Positions 27,058-37,552 of a stretch of DNA of 64,000 nt are shown in pieces (position 1 is the first letter of the stretch; each line of letters begins with the position of its first letter). The stretch is from sequence record NC_070958.1; one strand, written 5' to 3'. The notes beneath the pieces are model-generated. The model was not told the origin of the DNA. It saw only the letters and a program-made list of their open reading frames with translations, and ran no database searches. Position numbers and translations under genes: made by a program.

Positions 27058-27546
27058 ATGTACGTCGTCAACTTACTTGATCTGAAACAACGGATCAACT
27101 TCACTCTCATGTACTGTCTCCACGACATGACAAGAGAAGATGAAGAAGAGCTGATGGTTAGTCTGACCGAGGTGGCACTCGATTTGACACTCAGTATGGT
27201 AAACGACAAAACCGGCGAACACCCCGACGACATGTTTGATCGTTACATCAAGATGAAATATCCTGATGTCCAACATGTATTCGGGATCGGTGAAATAGTG
27301 ACCAGCCTGGTCATTGAGATTCGGAAACGTTTCTTTACCGAGTTCGGACACGATAAGCGACTCATGTACAAACTGGTGCGTACCAAACGCGGTCGTACCC
27401 CGATCTACTACTTCGCAATGGACCTGGAATTCACCTTCGAATGTGGTGGGTTCTTCCAGCCATCTCAAGAAGACCTCACCCAAGAGGTCGACGACAACCC
27501 GAGTCTGGAGACCATGAATGAGTTGTTCACCCGCGCCCATTATTGA
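27058..27546 (+). CDS. Hypothetical protein
   Basis: AAGGA upstream. Confidence 0.75.
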   Translation: MYVVNLLDLKQRINFTLMYCLHDMTREDEEELMVSLTEVALDLTLSMVNDKTGEHPDDMFDRYIKMKYPDVQHVFGIGEIVTSLVIEIRKRFFTEFGHDKRLMYKLVRTKRGRTPIYYFAMDLEFTFECGGFFQPSQEDLTQEVDDNPSLETMNELFTRAHY

Positions 27547-27976
27547 TTTCACTGCCTTCTATCCTGAGATAGAGAAAGCGATCGATAAGAACAGTGTGTA
27601 CGCTAAGGGGTTGGTAAAGGAAGAGCATAAACTGTTCCTTGTCCCTGAGCTTGTCACCTGGCTGCTCGGAAGAACTTCCAGTTTCATCGTCAAGGGATAT
27701 TTTCCTGACCCTCGGCTCAGAAACTTCTTCGACCACGATGTACTGATCGAAGAGTTCGACGATCTATTTCTAGAATTTAGGGACTACCTCAGACTGACCT
27801 ATGGTTTGGTAGAAGGAACGCCCATCACTTTCTTGAGATACGATAACGTTCACACATTTATACCGTTGAAGGGTGTCAAAGATGATGCGCTTAATTACGA
27901 CCAATGTGACACATTTGGTCAAAGCAGTTTCTCAATGGTACCTCAATACGGAAACGTACAACCCCCTAGCTATTAA
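27518..27976 (+). CDS. Hypothetical protein
   Basis: 152-aa ORF; start uncertain. Confidence 0.65.
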   Translation: MSCSPAPIIDFTAFYPEIEKAIDKNSVYAKGLVKEEHKLFLVPELVTWLLGRTSSFIVKGYFPDPRLRNFFDHDVLIEEFDDLFLEFRDYLRLTYGLVEGTPITFLRYDNVHTFIPLKGVKDDALNYDQCDTFGQSSFSMVPQYGNVQPPSY

Positions 27977-28178
27977 GTATATTCGTGACAGGGATGTCAA
28001 AGCGTATAGCGAAGGGTTGTATGAGTTGTGTGGTAGCGATACCCCATTCGTACTTCAGGACACCATTGTTCACTTAGACCTCTTGATAGATGAAGTTGAC
28101 AGATCAAAAGACCTGGCCAATTTCTACTTCGAGGGGAACATCTTCATTATTGTGGAGGATCCGTATGGAACAGTTTAG
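27882..28178 (+). CDS. Hypothetical protein
   Basis: ORF overlapping the previous gene; start uncertain. Confidence 0.55.
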   Translation: MMRLITTNVTHLVKAVSQWYLNTETYNPLAIKYIRDRDVKAYSEGLYELCGSDTPFVLQDTIVHLDLLIDEVDRSKDLANFYFEGNIFIIVEDPYGTV

Positions 28179-28482
28179 GGGGTTACAACCCCAAGGGATA
28201 TTCTCCCATAACTGTGCATTCCCGGGTGTCCCTACCGAGGTGGCTGCAAACCTCATTGGGATGTCTTTCAACATCTACGGGGTTAACCACCAAATCCCGT
28301 TCAATCCCAACTTGGGTAACGAAGGTCTGGAGAGCGAAGACAAGAACATTGAAACTCGCAACCTGGACACGTATTACCAGCTGAAGAGTCTTCTGGGTAA
28401 CTTCTCCAGGGAGTACACCAAAGTCGATGCCGAAGTTCGGTGTAGCAATGGTCTGTTCATGATTACCTTTAAATGCTGGTAA
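28165..28482 (+). CDS. Hypothetical protein
   Basis: GGAGG upstream of ATG 28165. Confidence 0.7.
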   Translation: MEQFRGLQPQGIFSHNCAFPGVPTEVAANLIGMSFNIYGVNHQIPFNPNLGNEGLESEDKNIETRNLDTYYQLKSLLGNFSREYTKVDAEVRCSNGLFMITFKCW

Positions 28483-28491
28483 GGAAATCAA

Positions 28492-28842
28492 ATGCAGATC
28501 ATGTTGAACCACTTCGACTATGACACTCTGATCCCAGTGATACAAAGTGTTGCAGGAGATGACGTCCCGTTAACCTTGGAAACGATCACTCAAGTTTTGG
28601 TACAGATGTCTGAAAGAGTCTGTGATACAACCTTAACGAGATGTGATTTGACAGAGGCTGAATTGGAATTTACTGACGCAATGTGTCTTCCATTAGTGAA
28701 GAATGAAATGTTGACTGCTGTCAGGATATTCCCTGAGCGTCATCAAGTGGTAAGATATGGTAATAATTTGATTACCTTCCCCACCATCATTGCTGAGGTT
28801 TATAATGACACTCGACCAGATCTCCGATGGGGATATTGTTAA
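28492..28842 (+). CDS. Hypothetical protein
   Basis: AAGGA upstream. Confidence 0.7.
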   Translation: MQIMLNHFDYDTLIPVIQSVAGDDVPLTLETITQVLVQMSERVCDTTLTRCDLTEAELEFTDAMCLPLVKNEMLTAVRIFPERHQVVRYGNNLITFPTIIAEVYNDTRPDLRWGYC

Positions 28843-29227
28843 CTTCGATATGGTCTTTCCTGGGATTCTTCAATCCCAGTATAAAGGCGTGGTAGTAACA
28901 GGGGTTTTCGATTACATTGTTGCTCGTGCTCTCGATCCGGAACTCCAGGTCAAGCATGATGCACTCTATCCTTACTTCAAGGATAGCGTCAACGATGTGA
29001 ACGATCCCAGTGTCTACCGTTATTTCGGTATTCGTCCTGATCCGACGAGTTCTGAAATTGTTGTTATCGGTTATCCCTGGATTCGACCGGACAGCCTCCA
29101 AGTCACACAAGGACGCGAAGCAGTTCTGATCATCTCCCCCTGGCAGCAAAGTTATGAAGCTCCTCTCAAGGACTTCCTTCGTAACCTGAACGCCGGGTTT
29201 GTTATTCGGATCGACGATAAGAAATAA
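28805..29227 (+). CDS. Conserved hypothetical protein
   Basis: GAGG upstream of ATG 28805; terminator downstream. Confidence 0.7.
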   Translation: MTLDQISDGDIVNFDMVFPGILQSQYKGVVVTGVFDYIVARALDPELQVKHDALYPYFKDSVNDVNDPSVYRYFGIRPDPTSSEIVVIGYPWIRPDSLQVTQGREAVLIISPWQQSYEAPLKDFLRNLNAGFVIRIDDKK

Positions 29228-29234
29228 GTTAAAG

Positions 29235-29268
29235 GTTACTGTCGCTACCATCTGGTAGCGACAGTAAC
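29235..29268 (+). terminator. 15-bp perfect stem-loop
   Basis: gttactgtcgctacc-atct-ggtagcgacagtaac. Confidence 0.8.
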
Positions 29269-29301
29269 TATTCTTTGTTTATTTTCTTATCTGGAGAGAT
29301 C

Positions 29302-31365
29302 ATGTCCAACGATAATCCATTTCTCTCTGAGAAATACAGTTCCGACAGGAACATTATTAAACACAACCTCGATCAGCAGGCGTTGGTTATTTCGAGGATG
29401 CGAAACGAGCCTTATCAAGAGGTCCGTAACAATTTAGTCAAGTTCTATAAAGCGCACAAAGATGAATTCAAGTCCAAGAAAGCTAAGGTCTTGGTAAAGA
29501 ACAAACATGGTGACCGAGAGCTCCAGATACGTTCCATCTTCAGCGTGTTTAAAGAAGTACAAGCGAACAACTATCACTTTAGCCCGTCAATGATTGGTTA
29601 TACAAACTCTGATGAAGAAGAGTGTGTTAACTCAATCGGTACCCGTCAGTTCATTGACAACCGTAAGTTCTATAAGGACAAACGGCAAGAGGTACCAAAA
29701 GGCGGTGATATGTGGACGAAGTACAACGAACTTCAGAACGCATTCAAAATCTTTAACAACGCCCAATCAGGTGCGATGTCCTCCGAAGGTACACCGATCA
29801 ACAACAAGACCGGTCACACTTCATTGACGTCAAGCACTCGTTGTTTAACGTCGACAGCAAACCTGATTAACGAACAGTTCATAGCTGGTAACCGTTTCTA
29901 TAACACTCCAGAAAACACAATGCAGGCGATCATTGCTCGTCTGACAGTGAGTAATCTGAATGATATCGAAATGGTAATCAACAAGTTTGGGTTGAAAATA
30001 CCAACTGTTGAAGATGTGATGAAAATCGTGGAACGATGCTCTAGACGGTATTGGTCGTCAGCACTCGTTATGCGGTACATCAAGGTATTCCTGGACACGC
30101 TAAGTGGTCTTGAGTTAGCTGCCATAGCGTACACACTTGACTTGGTAACACTGTACGAGTTGAACGTTCCGGTTATTACGAAACTGTTTGACGACTACGT
30201 GCACATCCCTGATTACGTTGAAGGTAAAGAGGGGATTAAACCGAACACTGGTGACCGTTATGTGTTGTGTATTTCCAAGCTTCCTCCTAAATCAGAGAAA
30301 GCCTGGGTTCCGCAGCTCAACGAATACCACATGTCAGTTGAACAGAAGTATGCCGATCTGTTCCGTGTGTTCTTCAAATCCAAAATACCACCATCTGGTC
30401 TGTTCGATGTAACCAGCGCTATCCGTGACGTGGTACTCACTTCCGATACTGACTCGTCCATCTATACAGTGGACGATATGATCGCGAACTACACCACCGA
30501 GCACGAAACCGTGGTACGACTGAATGGCGTACTCACGTATTTCATTCGGATGATCTCTGTGGACCAACACGCTCAGCTTTCAGCCAACATGAACGTGTCA
30601 CAGAAGAACATCAACCTGCTCACCATGAAGAACGAATACTTCTTCGGTGCTTATGTCACCACATCCATGTCTAAACACTATTACGCGACTCAGCGTATGG
30701 TTGAAGGTGTGACCAACCCTGAACCCGATATCGAGATCAAGGGTGTTCACCTGAAGTCTTCTAAGATCTCTCCGAAGATTAAAGAAGTAGCTGTGAAGAT
30801 GATGGAAGAAGCGTTGTTCGCTCTGGAAGAATCCAGAACACTTGACGCAGCTCAGACATTGGCAGATATCGCCAACCTGGAGCGTGAAGTTATCGGTGAA
30901 CTCCAGAAGGGTGAGTATAGCTGGTTGTCAAAAGAAACCATCAAAGTTAAGGCGGTGTACGGTAACCCTGATAGTCAGATCTATCTTTACCACGATATGT
31001 GGGAATCGGTGTTCTCCGATAAGTATGGTCCTGCTCCAGAACTTCCATATACTGTTGTTAAAATGTCCGTAGATCTTGGAAACAAAACCAAGCTCGAAAG
31101 CTACCTTAACAGCATCAAAGATTCCGAAATCCGTGAGCGTCTCAGATCTTTCCTTGAGAGCAAAGGAAAGAAAGACATGTCCAACATGTACGCTCCTCTA
31201 GAGCGTCTTCAGAACCTCCAGGATATTCCTGAGGAGATGAAACAGGCTATGGATATGCGGACTGTGATAAAGCAAAACTTCAAATGTATTTACGAGGTAT
31301 TGCACTCCACAGGGATCTATGTGATGAACGATAGTATCTCTCGACTCATCTCAGATGAACATTAA
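29302..31365 (+). CDS. Family-B DNA polymerase, polymerase-domain subunit (phiKZ gp50-like)
   Basis: QNAFKIFNNAQSG (motif B), TSDTDS (motif C), SKHYY, IEIKGV. Confidence 0.9.
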   Translation: MSNDNPFLSEKYSSDRNIIKHNLDQQALVISRMRNEPYQEVRNNLVKFYKAHKDEFKSKKAKVLVKNKHGDRELQIRSIFSVFKEVQANNYHFSPSMIGYTNSDEEECVNSIGTRQFIDNRKFYKDKRQEVPKGGDMWTKYNELQNAFKIFNNAQSGAMSSEGTPINNKTGHTSLTSSTRCLTSTANLINEQFIAGNRFYNTPENTMQAIIARLTVSNLNDIEMVINKFGLKIPTVEDVMKIVERCSRRYWSSALVMRYIKVFLDTLSGLELAAIAYTLDLVTLYELNVPVITKLFDDYVHIPDYVEGKEGIKPNTGDRYVLCISKLPPKSEKAWVPQLNEYHMSVEQKYADLFRVFFKSKIPPSGLFDVTSAIRDVVLTSDTDSSIYTVDDMIANYTTEHETVVRLNGVLTYFIRMISVDQHAQLSANMNVSQKNINLLTMKNEYFFGAYVTTSMSKHYYATQRMVEGVTNPEPDIEIKGVHLKSSKISPKIKEVAVKMMEEALFALEESRTLDAAQTLADIANLEREVIGELQKGEYSWLSKETIKVKAVYGNPDSQIYLYHDMWESVFSDKYGPAPELPYTVVKMSVDLGNKTKLESYLNSIKDSEIRERLRSFLESKGKKDMSNMYAPLERLQNLQDIPEEMKQAMDMRTVIKQNFKCIYEVLHSTGIYVMNDSISRLISDEH

Positions 31366-31381
31366 TATTATGTAGAAAACC

Positions 31382-31411
31382 AACCCTCTCCCGCATCGCC
31401 GGGAGAGGGTT
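31382..31411. terminator. Stem-loop of the ACCCTCTCCC/GGGAGAGGGT family
   Basis: Lies between convergent genes. Confidence 0.8.
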
Positions 31412-31419
31412 AATCTATG

Positions 31420-32520
31420 TTACATTTTTTCTTTCACATCTTTGTAAGTGTCAATGAAGAACTTCTTCCACTTGGGGTCTTTGACGTTCTCAAAGAGGAA
31501 TCCAGGAGGAGTCTTAAAGAAAGTCTTGAGGTCAGAAGAGACCTTAGGATCTTCAAACCCTACGAACTCACCCAGATCCAGAAACCCTTGAACGTTATAA
31601 AGGTTAGCAAGTGTCCAGACCCAACTCAACTGTATATAGTAGAGTGACTTACCTGGGTTAGTGAAAACGTATGGTTTCAACGTCCCCCTGTCAAACAAAG
31701 AGACTTGGTATCCCATGTACTGACTGAATGACTTCATTGGTGTCGCCATCATTGTACGACGTTTCCAGGCGTTCAATTCACCAACCGCTGGAATGTAGTT
31801 TTCCATTGCAAAGGGTGATTTATCAGCGTCCGGAACTTGACCATGTTCCCACATATCGAGGACAACCAAATCGTTGTAATCCATCCACATGTCCATGATG
31901 ACTTGGAAGACATAGTGGTGTGGAGAAAGGCCAAGTGAAACATTACGAGCAATACGATCCTTCAGATACCAGTAGTATCCTGCGACAAATGCCGGGAGAT
32001 CCAACTCGAGTATTGTGAAGACATCGCTACTGTGATTCTTCTTATTCGTGTCTATCAACTTCTGACAATCCCAATAGTGCTTACCACCGTTGGTCATTAT
32101 CGGAAAGAGTGATTTGATGCGATTTGAATTTTCACTGGCGATATTTATATTGTGTAACGAACTGGACGCATAGTCCATAGAAGTTACTACAAGTGTGTTG
32201 TGATTCATTTCCGGAAAGAACTTTCCAGGGAAGTTGATCCCATCACGATAGAGAGTGACAAGGTTAACATCGTTGGCTGCGCGTCTTGCTTTTCCGTTGA
32301 TAACAGAGAGCAATGTACTTGGAGACCATGACGGGTCAACCGACACTTCTAGCAATAAGGTTACTAACGGATGATCGTTTTCAACCACCCTGTTCCCAGC
32401 TAAACTGAACTCAAAGAACCTTGAACGATTTCTCGCCATGATCCTGTTCAGGTTATCTCGAGGTCCGTAGTTAGGAATCGGATAGTTGATTCCATTATCA
32501 CGGAGAATGAAAGTTGACAT
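31420..32520 (-). CDS. Conserved phiKZ-like hypothetical protein divergent from chimallin
   Basis: 366-aa ORF, GAGG upstream. Confidence 0.8.
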   Translation of the reverse strand: MSTFILRDNGINYPIPNYGPRDNLNRIMARNRSRFFEFSLAGNRVVENDHPLVTLLLEVSVDPSWSPSTLLSVINGKARRAANDVNLVTLYRDGINFPGKFFPEMNHNTLVVTSMDYASSSLHNINIASENSNRIKSLFPIMTNGGKHYWDCQKLIDTNKKNHSSDVFTILELDLPAFVAGYYWYLKDRIARNVSLGLSPHHYVFQVIMDMWMDYNDLVVLDMWEHGQVPDADKSPFAMENYIPAVGELNAWKRRTMMATPMKSFSQYMGYQVSLFDRGTLKPYVFTNPGKSLYYIQLSWVWTLANLYNVQGFLDLGEFVGFEDPKVSSDLKTFFKTPPGFLFENVKDPKWKKFFIDTYKDVKEKM

Positions 32521-32665
32521 GTAAACCTCGTTGATTTAATTCTTCAAAATAGTTTCCTATTATATGTAAACAAATGTCAAGGAGTAATCCTTGGCTTTGC
32601 GCGGGAGACGTCCGTCTTGTAATAAATCTGGTACAAAAGATCGTTAAAAATTGACGTTCTATAAA

Positions 32666-32693
32666 TTTTCAGATATATATTATTAGAGTGTAA
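32666..32693 (+). promoter_or_regulatory. Phage promoter motif upstream of chimallin
   Basis: TTTTCA-gatat-ATATTAT-taga-GTGTAA. Confidence 0.7.
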
Positions 32694-32758
32694 TAGTAGA
32701 ACAGATTGTTCGAAATTCAAGACGTCCTGAGTTTTAAAGCAATAAAGGATAACATGTA

Positions 32759-34747
32759 ATGTCCGATAAACCTTCCAACAAAGGTTTCAGTCTCCCTGGA
32801 CAAGACAGTCCTAGTGAAACTGGTGCCCAACACCAACCTGCCGTATCTGAAGTTCAAACCAAACCCGTAACCACCCTCAAAGAAGGAAAAGTGAATATGT
32901 CTATCAACTCCCTGGCCTCCCTGATCGGTATGTCCTCCCTGGTTTCCCAAGCTGGCACCATCCCGGAAGTGAAAGCAATCGCCAAAGGTATCGACGACGC
33001 CGTGGCTGATCTGAAGCGTCAGATCGCTACCCCTGAGCAAATGGCAACCCTGCCGGCCGACGTGACCCACCTGACCTCCGACATCACCCAGCACCTGCCG
33101 GGTATCGTACTGCCGCTGCGCCTGGGCCAGACCGTGTACGTGATGCCGATCCTGTTCTGGAAAGCCGGTGTGACCGACGCTACCGACACCATCATGGTGA
33201 ACCAAGGTGAAGCACCGCGTGGTTTCGCCAAGACCGCGTCCAGCTTCATGCACATCGACATGATCAACAAGATCCGCGACAGCTTCGCCTTCTACGGCGA
33301 GAAGAAAGCCGACGAAGTCATGGCCACCAGCCCCTGCGTGATCAACCTGGAGCACTGGATCAAGGAAGGCAAGAACACCGAAGAAATGGTGCGCGAAGTC
33401 GTCAACGTGATCCTGACCGAATGGCACGCTGGTCTGATGACCCTGGGCGTGATGCTGACCACCAAGGCCGGCGGCGCAATCCCCAGCCCGTTCAAGAACA
33501 GCAAGCTGTTCGGTGATCAGGACACTGCCATCGCTCGTGTAGAAGCTGCCTACAACCCGGTCATCCGTGGCGTCACCACCGGTTACAACCTGGCTGTCAA
33601 CATCTCTACCGCGCCGAAGAACGCCCACATGGTCCACACCAACAACATGAACGCCAAGTCGGTCTGCAAGACCTTCCTGAACGTCCAGTTGGACACCATG
33701 CAGCCGCAGCAGTACGGTCATCTCCGTCAGCGTGCCGGTATGGGTCAGAACGTTGGTCCGATCGTTCCGGTCATCTCCATCGGTCAGACCATCCCGGGTG
33801 AAACCCTGAACCACAACCAGTCCATCCTGTCGGCCGCCCTGGGTCTGTTCGCAGCCCTGACCGCCAACAACCTGCGTTTCTACTCCGAAGCAATCCGTGC
33901 CAAGGAAGTGGGTCACCGCGGTAACCTGGCTGTGTTCAACAACTACCTGTCCGCCATCACCCAGGGTCAGTACACCTCCGATCAGCTGCTGTCCGCCAAG
34001 AACATCAGCAACGTCGCCGTGGTGAACGACTGGATCCAACGCTTCGTGAACAGCCGCGCTGTCTACGTTGTCGACGTACCGACCTTCGGTCCGGATTCCA
34101 GCATCTCTGACTTCTGGATGGGCATGGCCAAGTTCGGTCCGGGCTCCCTGTACCAGAACACTCTGATCGCCATCTTCGATGCACTGACCAACAAGAAGTT
34201 CAGCGAGAAGGCAGAAGAGAACGCCAAGATGGCTCAGCGTGATCCGTCCAAGCACTGGACCAAGGCCGACAAGGTTCTGTCCCTGACCCAGATGATCGTC
34301 CCGCGCGGCCGTGCTCAGGGCAAGGATGGCAAGTGGTTCTGCCTGAGCGAAATCGATGGCATGTTCCTGCGTCAGACCGAGTACCTGGGTACCAACGAAG
34401 TCGAGATCGCCGAGTACCAAGCTCTGGTACAAGGTTCCGTTCCGGGCGTTGATCGTCGCACCCGCGAGTTCAACCTGATCAACAAGCTCCAGCACATGTT
34501 CCAGGGCAACGTGATCATCGATGGTTTCGATGCTCGCCTGATCTGGTCCTCTGCGCTGTTCAACACCCTGGCCGAAGCAATGGTTTCCACCGGTACTCTG
34601 ACCGTGAACTCCAGCGCTCACCAGTCCAACTGGACCATGGAATACTCCAACGAGCTGTTCGACCACTTCATGACTGCCGGTATCGTTCCGCAAGTCGGTG
34701 GTGGCGCGAGCGCTGCTCAGTTCGGCATGTACTCCAACCTGGTCTAA
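32759..34747 (+). CDS. chmA: Chimallin, major phage nucleus shell protein
   Basis: 662 aa; strongly biased high-expression codons; located between DNA polymerase and nvRNAP beta-prime N as in phiKZ gp54; disordered termini. Confidence 0.85.
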   Translation: MSDKPSNKGFSLPGQDSPSETGAQHQPAVSEVQTKPVTTLKEGKVNMSINSLASLIGMSSLVSQAGTIPEVKAIAKGIDDAVADLKRQIATPEQMATLPADVTHLTSDITQHLPGIVLPLRLGQTVYVMPILFWKAGVTDATDTIMVNQGEAPRGFAKTASSFMHIDMINKIRDSFAFYGEKKADEVMATSPCVINLEHWIKEGKNTEEMVREVVNVILTEWHAGLMTLGVMLTTKAGGAIPSPFKNSKLFGDQDTAIARVEAAYNPVIRGVTTGYNLAVNISTAPKNAHMVHTNNMNAKSVCKTFLNVQLDTMQPQQYGHLRQRAGMGQNVGPIVPVISIGQTIPGETLNHNQSILSAALGLFAALTANNLRFYSEAIRAKEVGHRGNLAVFNNYLSAITQGQYTSDQLLSAKNISNVAVVNDWIQRFVNSRAVYVVDVPTFGPDSSISDFWMGMAKFGPGSLYQNTLIAIFDALTNKKFSEKAEENAKMAQRDPSKHWTKADKVLSLTQMIVPRGRAQGKDGKWFCLSEIDGMFLRQTEYLGTNEVEIAEYQALVQGSVPGVDRRTREFNLINKLQHMFQGNVIIDGFDARLIWSSALFNTLAEAMVSTGTLTVNSSAHQSNWTMEYSNELFDHFMTAGIVPQVGGGASAAQFGMYSNLV

Positions 34748-34775
34748 GTAGACCTGAAGTAACTTAGTGCCAATT

Positions 34776-34805
34776 CACAGGAGGGGGAGAAATCCTCCTC
34801 CTGTG
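34776..34805 (+). terminator. Stem-loop after chmA
   Basis: cacaggaggggga-gaaa-tcctcctcctgtg then T-tract. Confidence 0.8.
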
Positions 34806-34848
34806 TTTTTCCTTTGTTCTTTTTATTTTTGTCTCTAAGGAGTTAGAA

Positions 34849-35112
34849 ATGTTTCTCTTCTTGGTAAGTCGTGAAGACCACGTTCATTACGAGGAGTACT
34901 TCTCTTTTGTCTGTGCCGCTGAAACTCAGGCAGATGCTATTGCGATGCATCCCGAACAGGACTCTCCCGACAATCCAGATGGACACGGTAAAGAGCCCCA
35001 CGAGTTCTCTGGTTGGACCAAAGACAAAAGCGCTATCAACGTCATGATTCTCGGTGAAGCTGCTCCGAATATCAGAGCCGGGGTATTGCATAGCAGTAAT
35101 AAAGGCAGTTGA
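34849..35112 (+). CDS. Small phage protein, paralog of 9509-9709
   Basis: LFLVSRED..YEEYFSFVCAA...VMILGEA...GVLHSSNKG. Confidence 0.75.
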   Translation: MFLFLVSREDHVHYEEYFSFVCAAETQADAIAMHPEQDSPDNPDGHGKEPHEFSGWTKDKSAINVMILGEAAPNIRAGVLHSSNKGS

Positions 35113-35210
35113 TTTCCAACGGCTATAAATAAAGAAATAGATATCATTGAAATGATACACCAGAGACAGTTCTTTGAGAACGGTCAATAATAAATGTAAA
35201 GGAGAAGTGC

Positions 35211-36812
35211 GTGAGTACCATTATCCGAGTTCTTAAGGATTACTCCGAAGAACAATTACTTCCTCAAAATCTCTTCAACCAGATTCTCGAGGGCACGGGG
35301 TATATTCCGGAAATGGATGATGAGCGGTTCTATACTGCAATCTATCCCCATTTCGAAAACTACGACCAACGACACGACAACTGCACAACACTCCCGATCT
35401 ACCTGAATGACCACGACTTCCGAATCGAAGAAGATCGTGAACGTATCGTGCAAGCCCTTCGTACCGAGTATGAAGGTAACACATTCGATACGGTTGCAGT
35501 TTGTTCACCCAGCTGCGGTAAGTATCGCGGTAACATGTATCTCAACTCTGGGATTGTCTGTGACGTTTGTGGCGAGACACCAAGTCGTCCACTGAGCGAA
35601 CAGATCGAGACCAAGGTTTGGTTGAGAACTCCACCCAGGGTTTCTGGTTTCCTGTCACCGGCTATATATGAGGTATTCCTCAGTAAGCTCAAAACCAAAA
35701 CACCGAAAATCAATTTCGTTCAGTATTGGATGGATGAAGGTTATCGGAGAGACAAACGGTTCCGTGATCCAGTAGGTGAAACACCGGCGTACAAAATGGC
35801 TCAGAAGCTCAATGCTTTTAGTAGTGCCATTGGTATCGACTTCGGGTACAATAATTTTATCGATAACATCGATACGATTATCAATGCAGCAGTCACACAA
35901 GACTTTATGGGGATCCTCGATCTCAATGAAGTACAACGTGACCATTGCACCCGGTTCTGGGCCAAGTATAAGGAGTTTGCAGTTAGCAACTTCCTTCCGC
36001 TTCCGAACAAGATTGCCACGGTGATCGAATCTGACCAACGTGACCGTTACGTCAACAAGGAAAAGACTGATCTGGAAAAGATCTTCTTTACCATAGCAGA
36101 TATGTATCACGAAATGGACCATCGTTCTGTTCAGAACGAAGTTCTGTTCGGTAAGAACTATTTCGAGATGCAGGCAGTGATGCTCAAAGTGATGAAAGAG
36201 ATTCTCTTTAAGAAGAAGGGGATGTTCCGATATCACGCTGGGGCTGGTAAACTGCCATTTACTGGGCGTTCCATCATTACCGGTGAATCAGGCGTTTGTC
36301 GTTCTGATACCGTGGTGGTTCCCTGGCTTTATGGCATCACCTGTTTGAACCATCATCTGACCAACTGGTTGTACCGTCGCGGTTATACACCCAAAGCGGT
36401 TAAGCGGATCATCCGTGAATCTGCCAACTTCCGTCACCCGGTGATAGAAGAGTTCTTTGACTGGGTGGAGAACAACCGTTATGCTGTAGCAACAGTAGGT
36501 CGTAACCCATCGATCCAGTTCTTGTCATCAAGAACTTTCTTCATCAAGTTCAACCGGGATATCGAGGATAAGTCCATTCGTATCCCAATCACCTGCGTGA
36601 AAGAATTTGGTGCTGACTTCGATGGAGACCAGATGTACGTATGGTTCATTCCGGACCTGTTCGGTAAAGTTGCTGGTTACGCCAACTTCGGTCATCAGCA
36701 AATGCTCGACCCGAACAAACCGTTCCGTACCAGTCGGTTCGCAACTCGCGCCAAGAACGTTCTTCTCAACCTCAACTCGCAATTATTGGACGAGCCAATA
36801 GCGGAGGATTAA
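35211..36812 (+). CDS. Non-virion RNAP beta-prime N-terminal subunit (phiKZ gp55-like)
   Basis: Zn-finger CSPSC/CDVC, GRNPS, catalytic ADFDGD. Confidence 0.93.
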   Translation: MSTIIRVLKDYSEEQLLPQNLFNQILEGTGYIPEMDDERFYTAIYPHFENYDQRHDNCTTLPIYLNDHDFRIEEDRERIVQALRTEYEGNTFDTVAVCSPSCGKYRGNMYLNSGIVCDVCGETPSRPLSEQIETKVWLRTPPRVSGFLSPAIYEVFLSKLKTKTPKINFVQYWMDEGYRRDKRFRDPVGETPAYKMAQKLNAFSSAIGIDFGYNNFIDNIDTIINAAVTQDFMGILDLNEVQRDHCTRFWAKYKEFAVSNFLPLPNKIATVIESDQRDRYVNKEKTDLEKIFFTIADMYHEMDHRSVQNEVLFGKNYFEMQAVMLKVMKEILFKKKGMFRYHAGAGKLPFTGRSIITGESGVCRSDTVVVPWLYGITCLNHHLTNWLYRRGYTPKAVKRIIRESANFRHPVIEEFFDWVENNRYAVATVGRNPSIQFLSSRTFFIKFNRDIEDKSIRIPITCVKEFGADFDGDQMYVWFIPDLFGKVAGYANFGHQQMLDPNKPFRTSRFATRAKNVLLNLNSQLLDEPIAED

Positions 36813-36817
36813 TAATA

Positions 36818-37483
36818 GTGATCAATGTAACAAGCGCGTTCTCAATGGGTATCGGTGGTAGCATGTCGAAAGCCGCTGCCGATGTTTATAACCAAACTCT
36901 GACTTCGATATATGACGGGATGTCGAGCCTGGGTGGTTGGTTGGGTGGCGCTGTCCAATCGGTTGTCCAAAGCCATGAAAACTTCATGAACTCTAACATG
37001 TGGGAGTTCAGTAAGCGGATTGGTAAAGACGGTCACTATGTTGGACGTTTCGATGTAGGTTACCTGTCGGAAGTGGGTTATCAACAACAAGCTGTCGGGT
37101 TGATGCGGAACTACATCATGGCTAACCCCAAGATGATGGAACTGTACGAAGCCGATCGCATATCTGGTTATGATGGTGAAATCTCTGATCTCTGTAGTGG
37201 GATCGGTCGTGACAACTATTTCTATAACCGCGCTGTTGATGGCCTGATGCGTATCGAAGATGATGAAGCGGTGCGTACTCACTACGCCACATCTCTCGAC
37301 AAGTATACTCACTTGTCAGCGATGGAACGTGTGGACATCAAACGTACCTGGGCAGCTAGCAATATCCATATTGCTAAGAACCTCTTTGACCCAAGTAGTA
37401 TTTCTGGCGGGAAGATTCTTTCTGTAGAGGAAGTTGAAGCTATCCAGAAACAAATGGAAGAAGAAGCGGGCGACGCCCAGTAA
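36818..37483 (+). CDS. Conserved phiKZ-like hypothetical protein
   Basis: GGAGG upstream of GTG; 221 aa. Confidence 0.8.
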   Translation: MINVTSAFSMGIGGSMSKAAADVYNQTLTSIYDGMSSLGGWLGGAVQSVVQSHENFMNSNMWEFSKRIGKDGHYVGRFDVGYLSEVGYQQQAVGLMRNYIMANPKMMELYEADRISGYDGEISDLCSGIGRDNYFYNRAVDGLMRIEDDEAVRTHYATSLDKYTHLSAMERVDIKRTWAASNIHIAKNLFDPSSISGGKILSVEEVEAIQKQMEEEAGDAQ

Positions 37484-37488
37484 TAGGT

Positions 37489-37518
37489 GGGAGCTAACCG
37501 GTTTCCCGGTTAGCTCTT
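37489..37518 (+). terminator. Stem-loop
   Basis: gggagctaaccgg-tttc-ccggttagctctt. Confidence 0.75.
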
Positions 37519-37552
37519 CCTTTATATAGTTATTTTTTTTTAGGAGTGTTAT

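Noticed and set aside
32759-32899. Possible second chimallin start (ATG 32897 after AAGGA)
   Set aside because: A disordered N-terminal extension is normal for chimallin; the sequence alone gives no evidence for two isoforms.
32717-34693. 658-aa minus-strand ORF opposite chimallin (similarly 21597-22844, 25776-26645, 45857-46891, 47835-49415)
   Set aside because: Antisense shadow frames expected from the strong codon bias of real + strand genes; no RBS or recognisable motifs.
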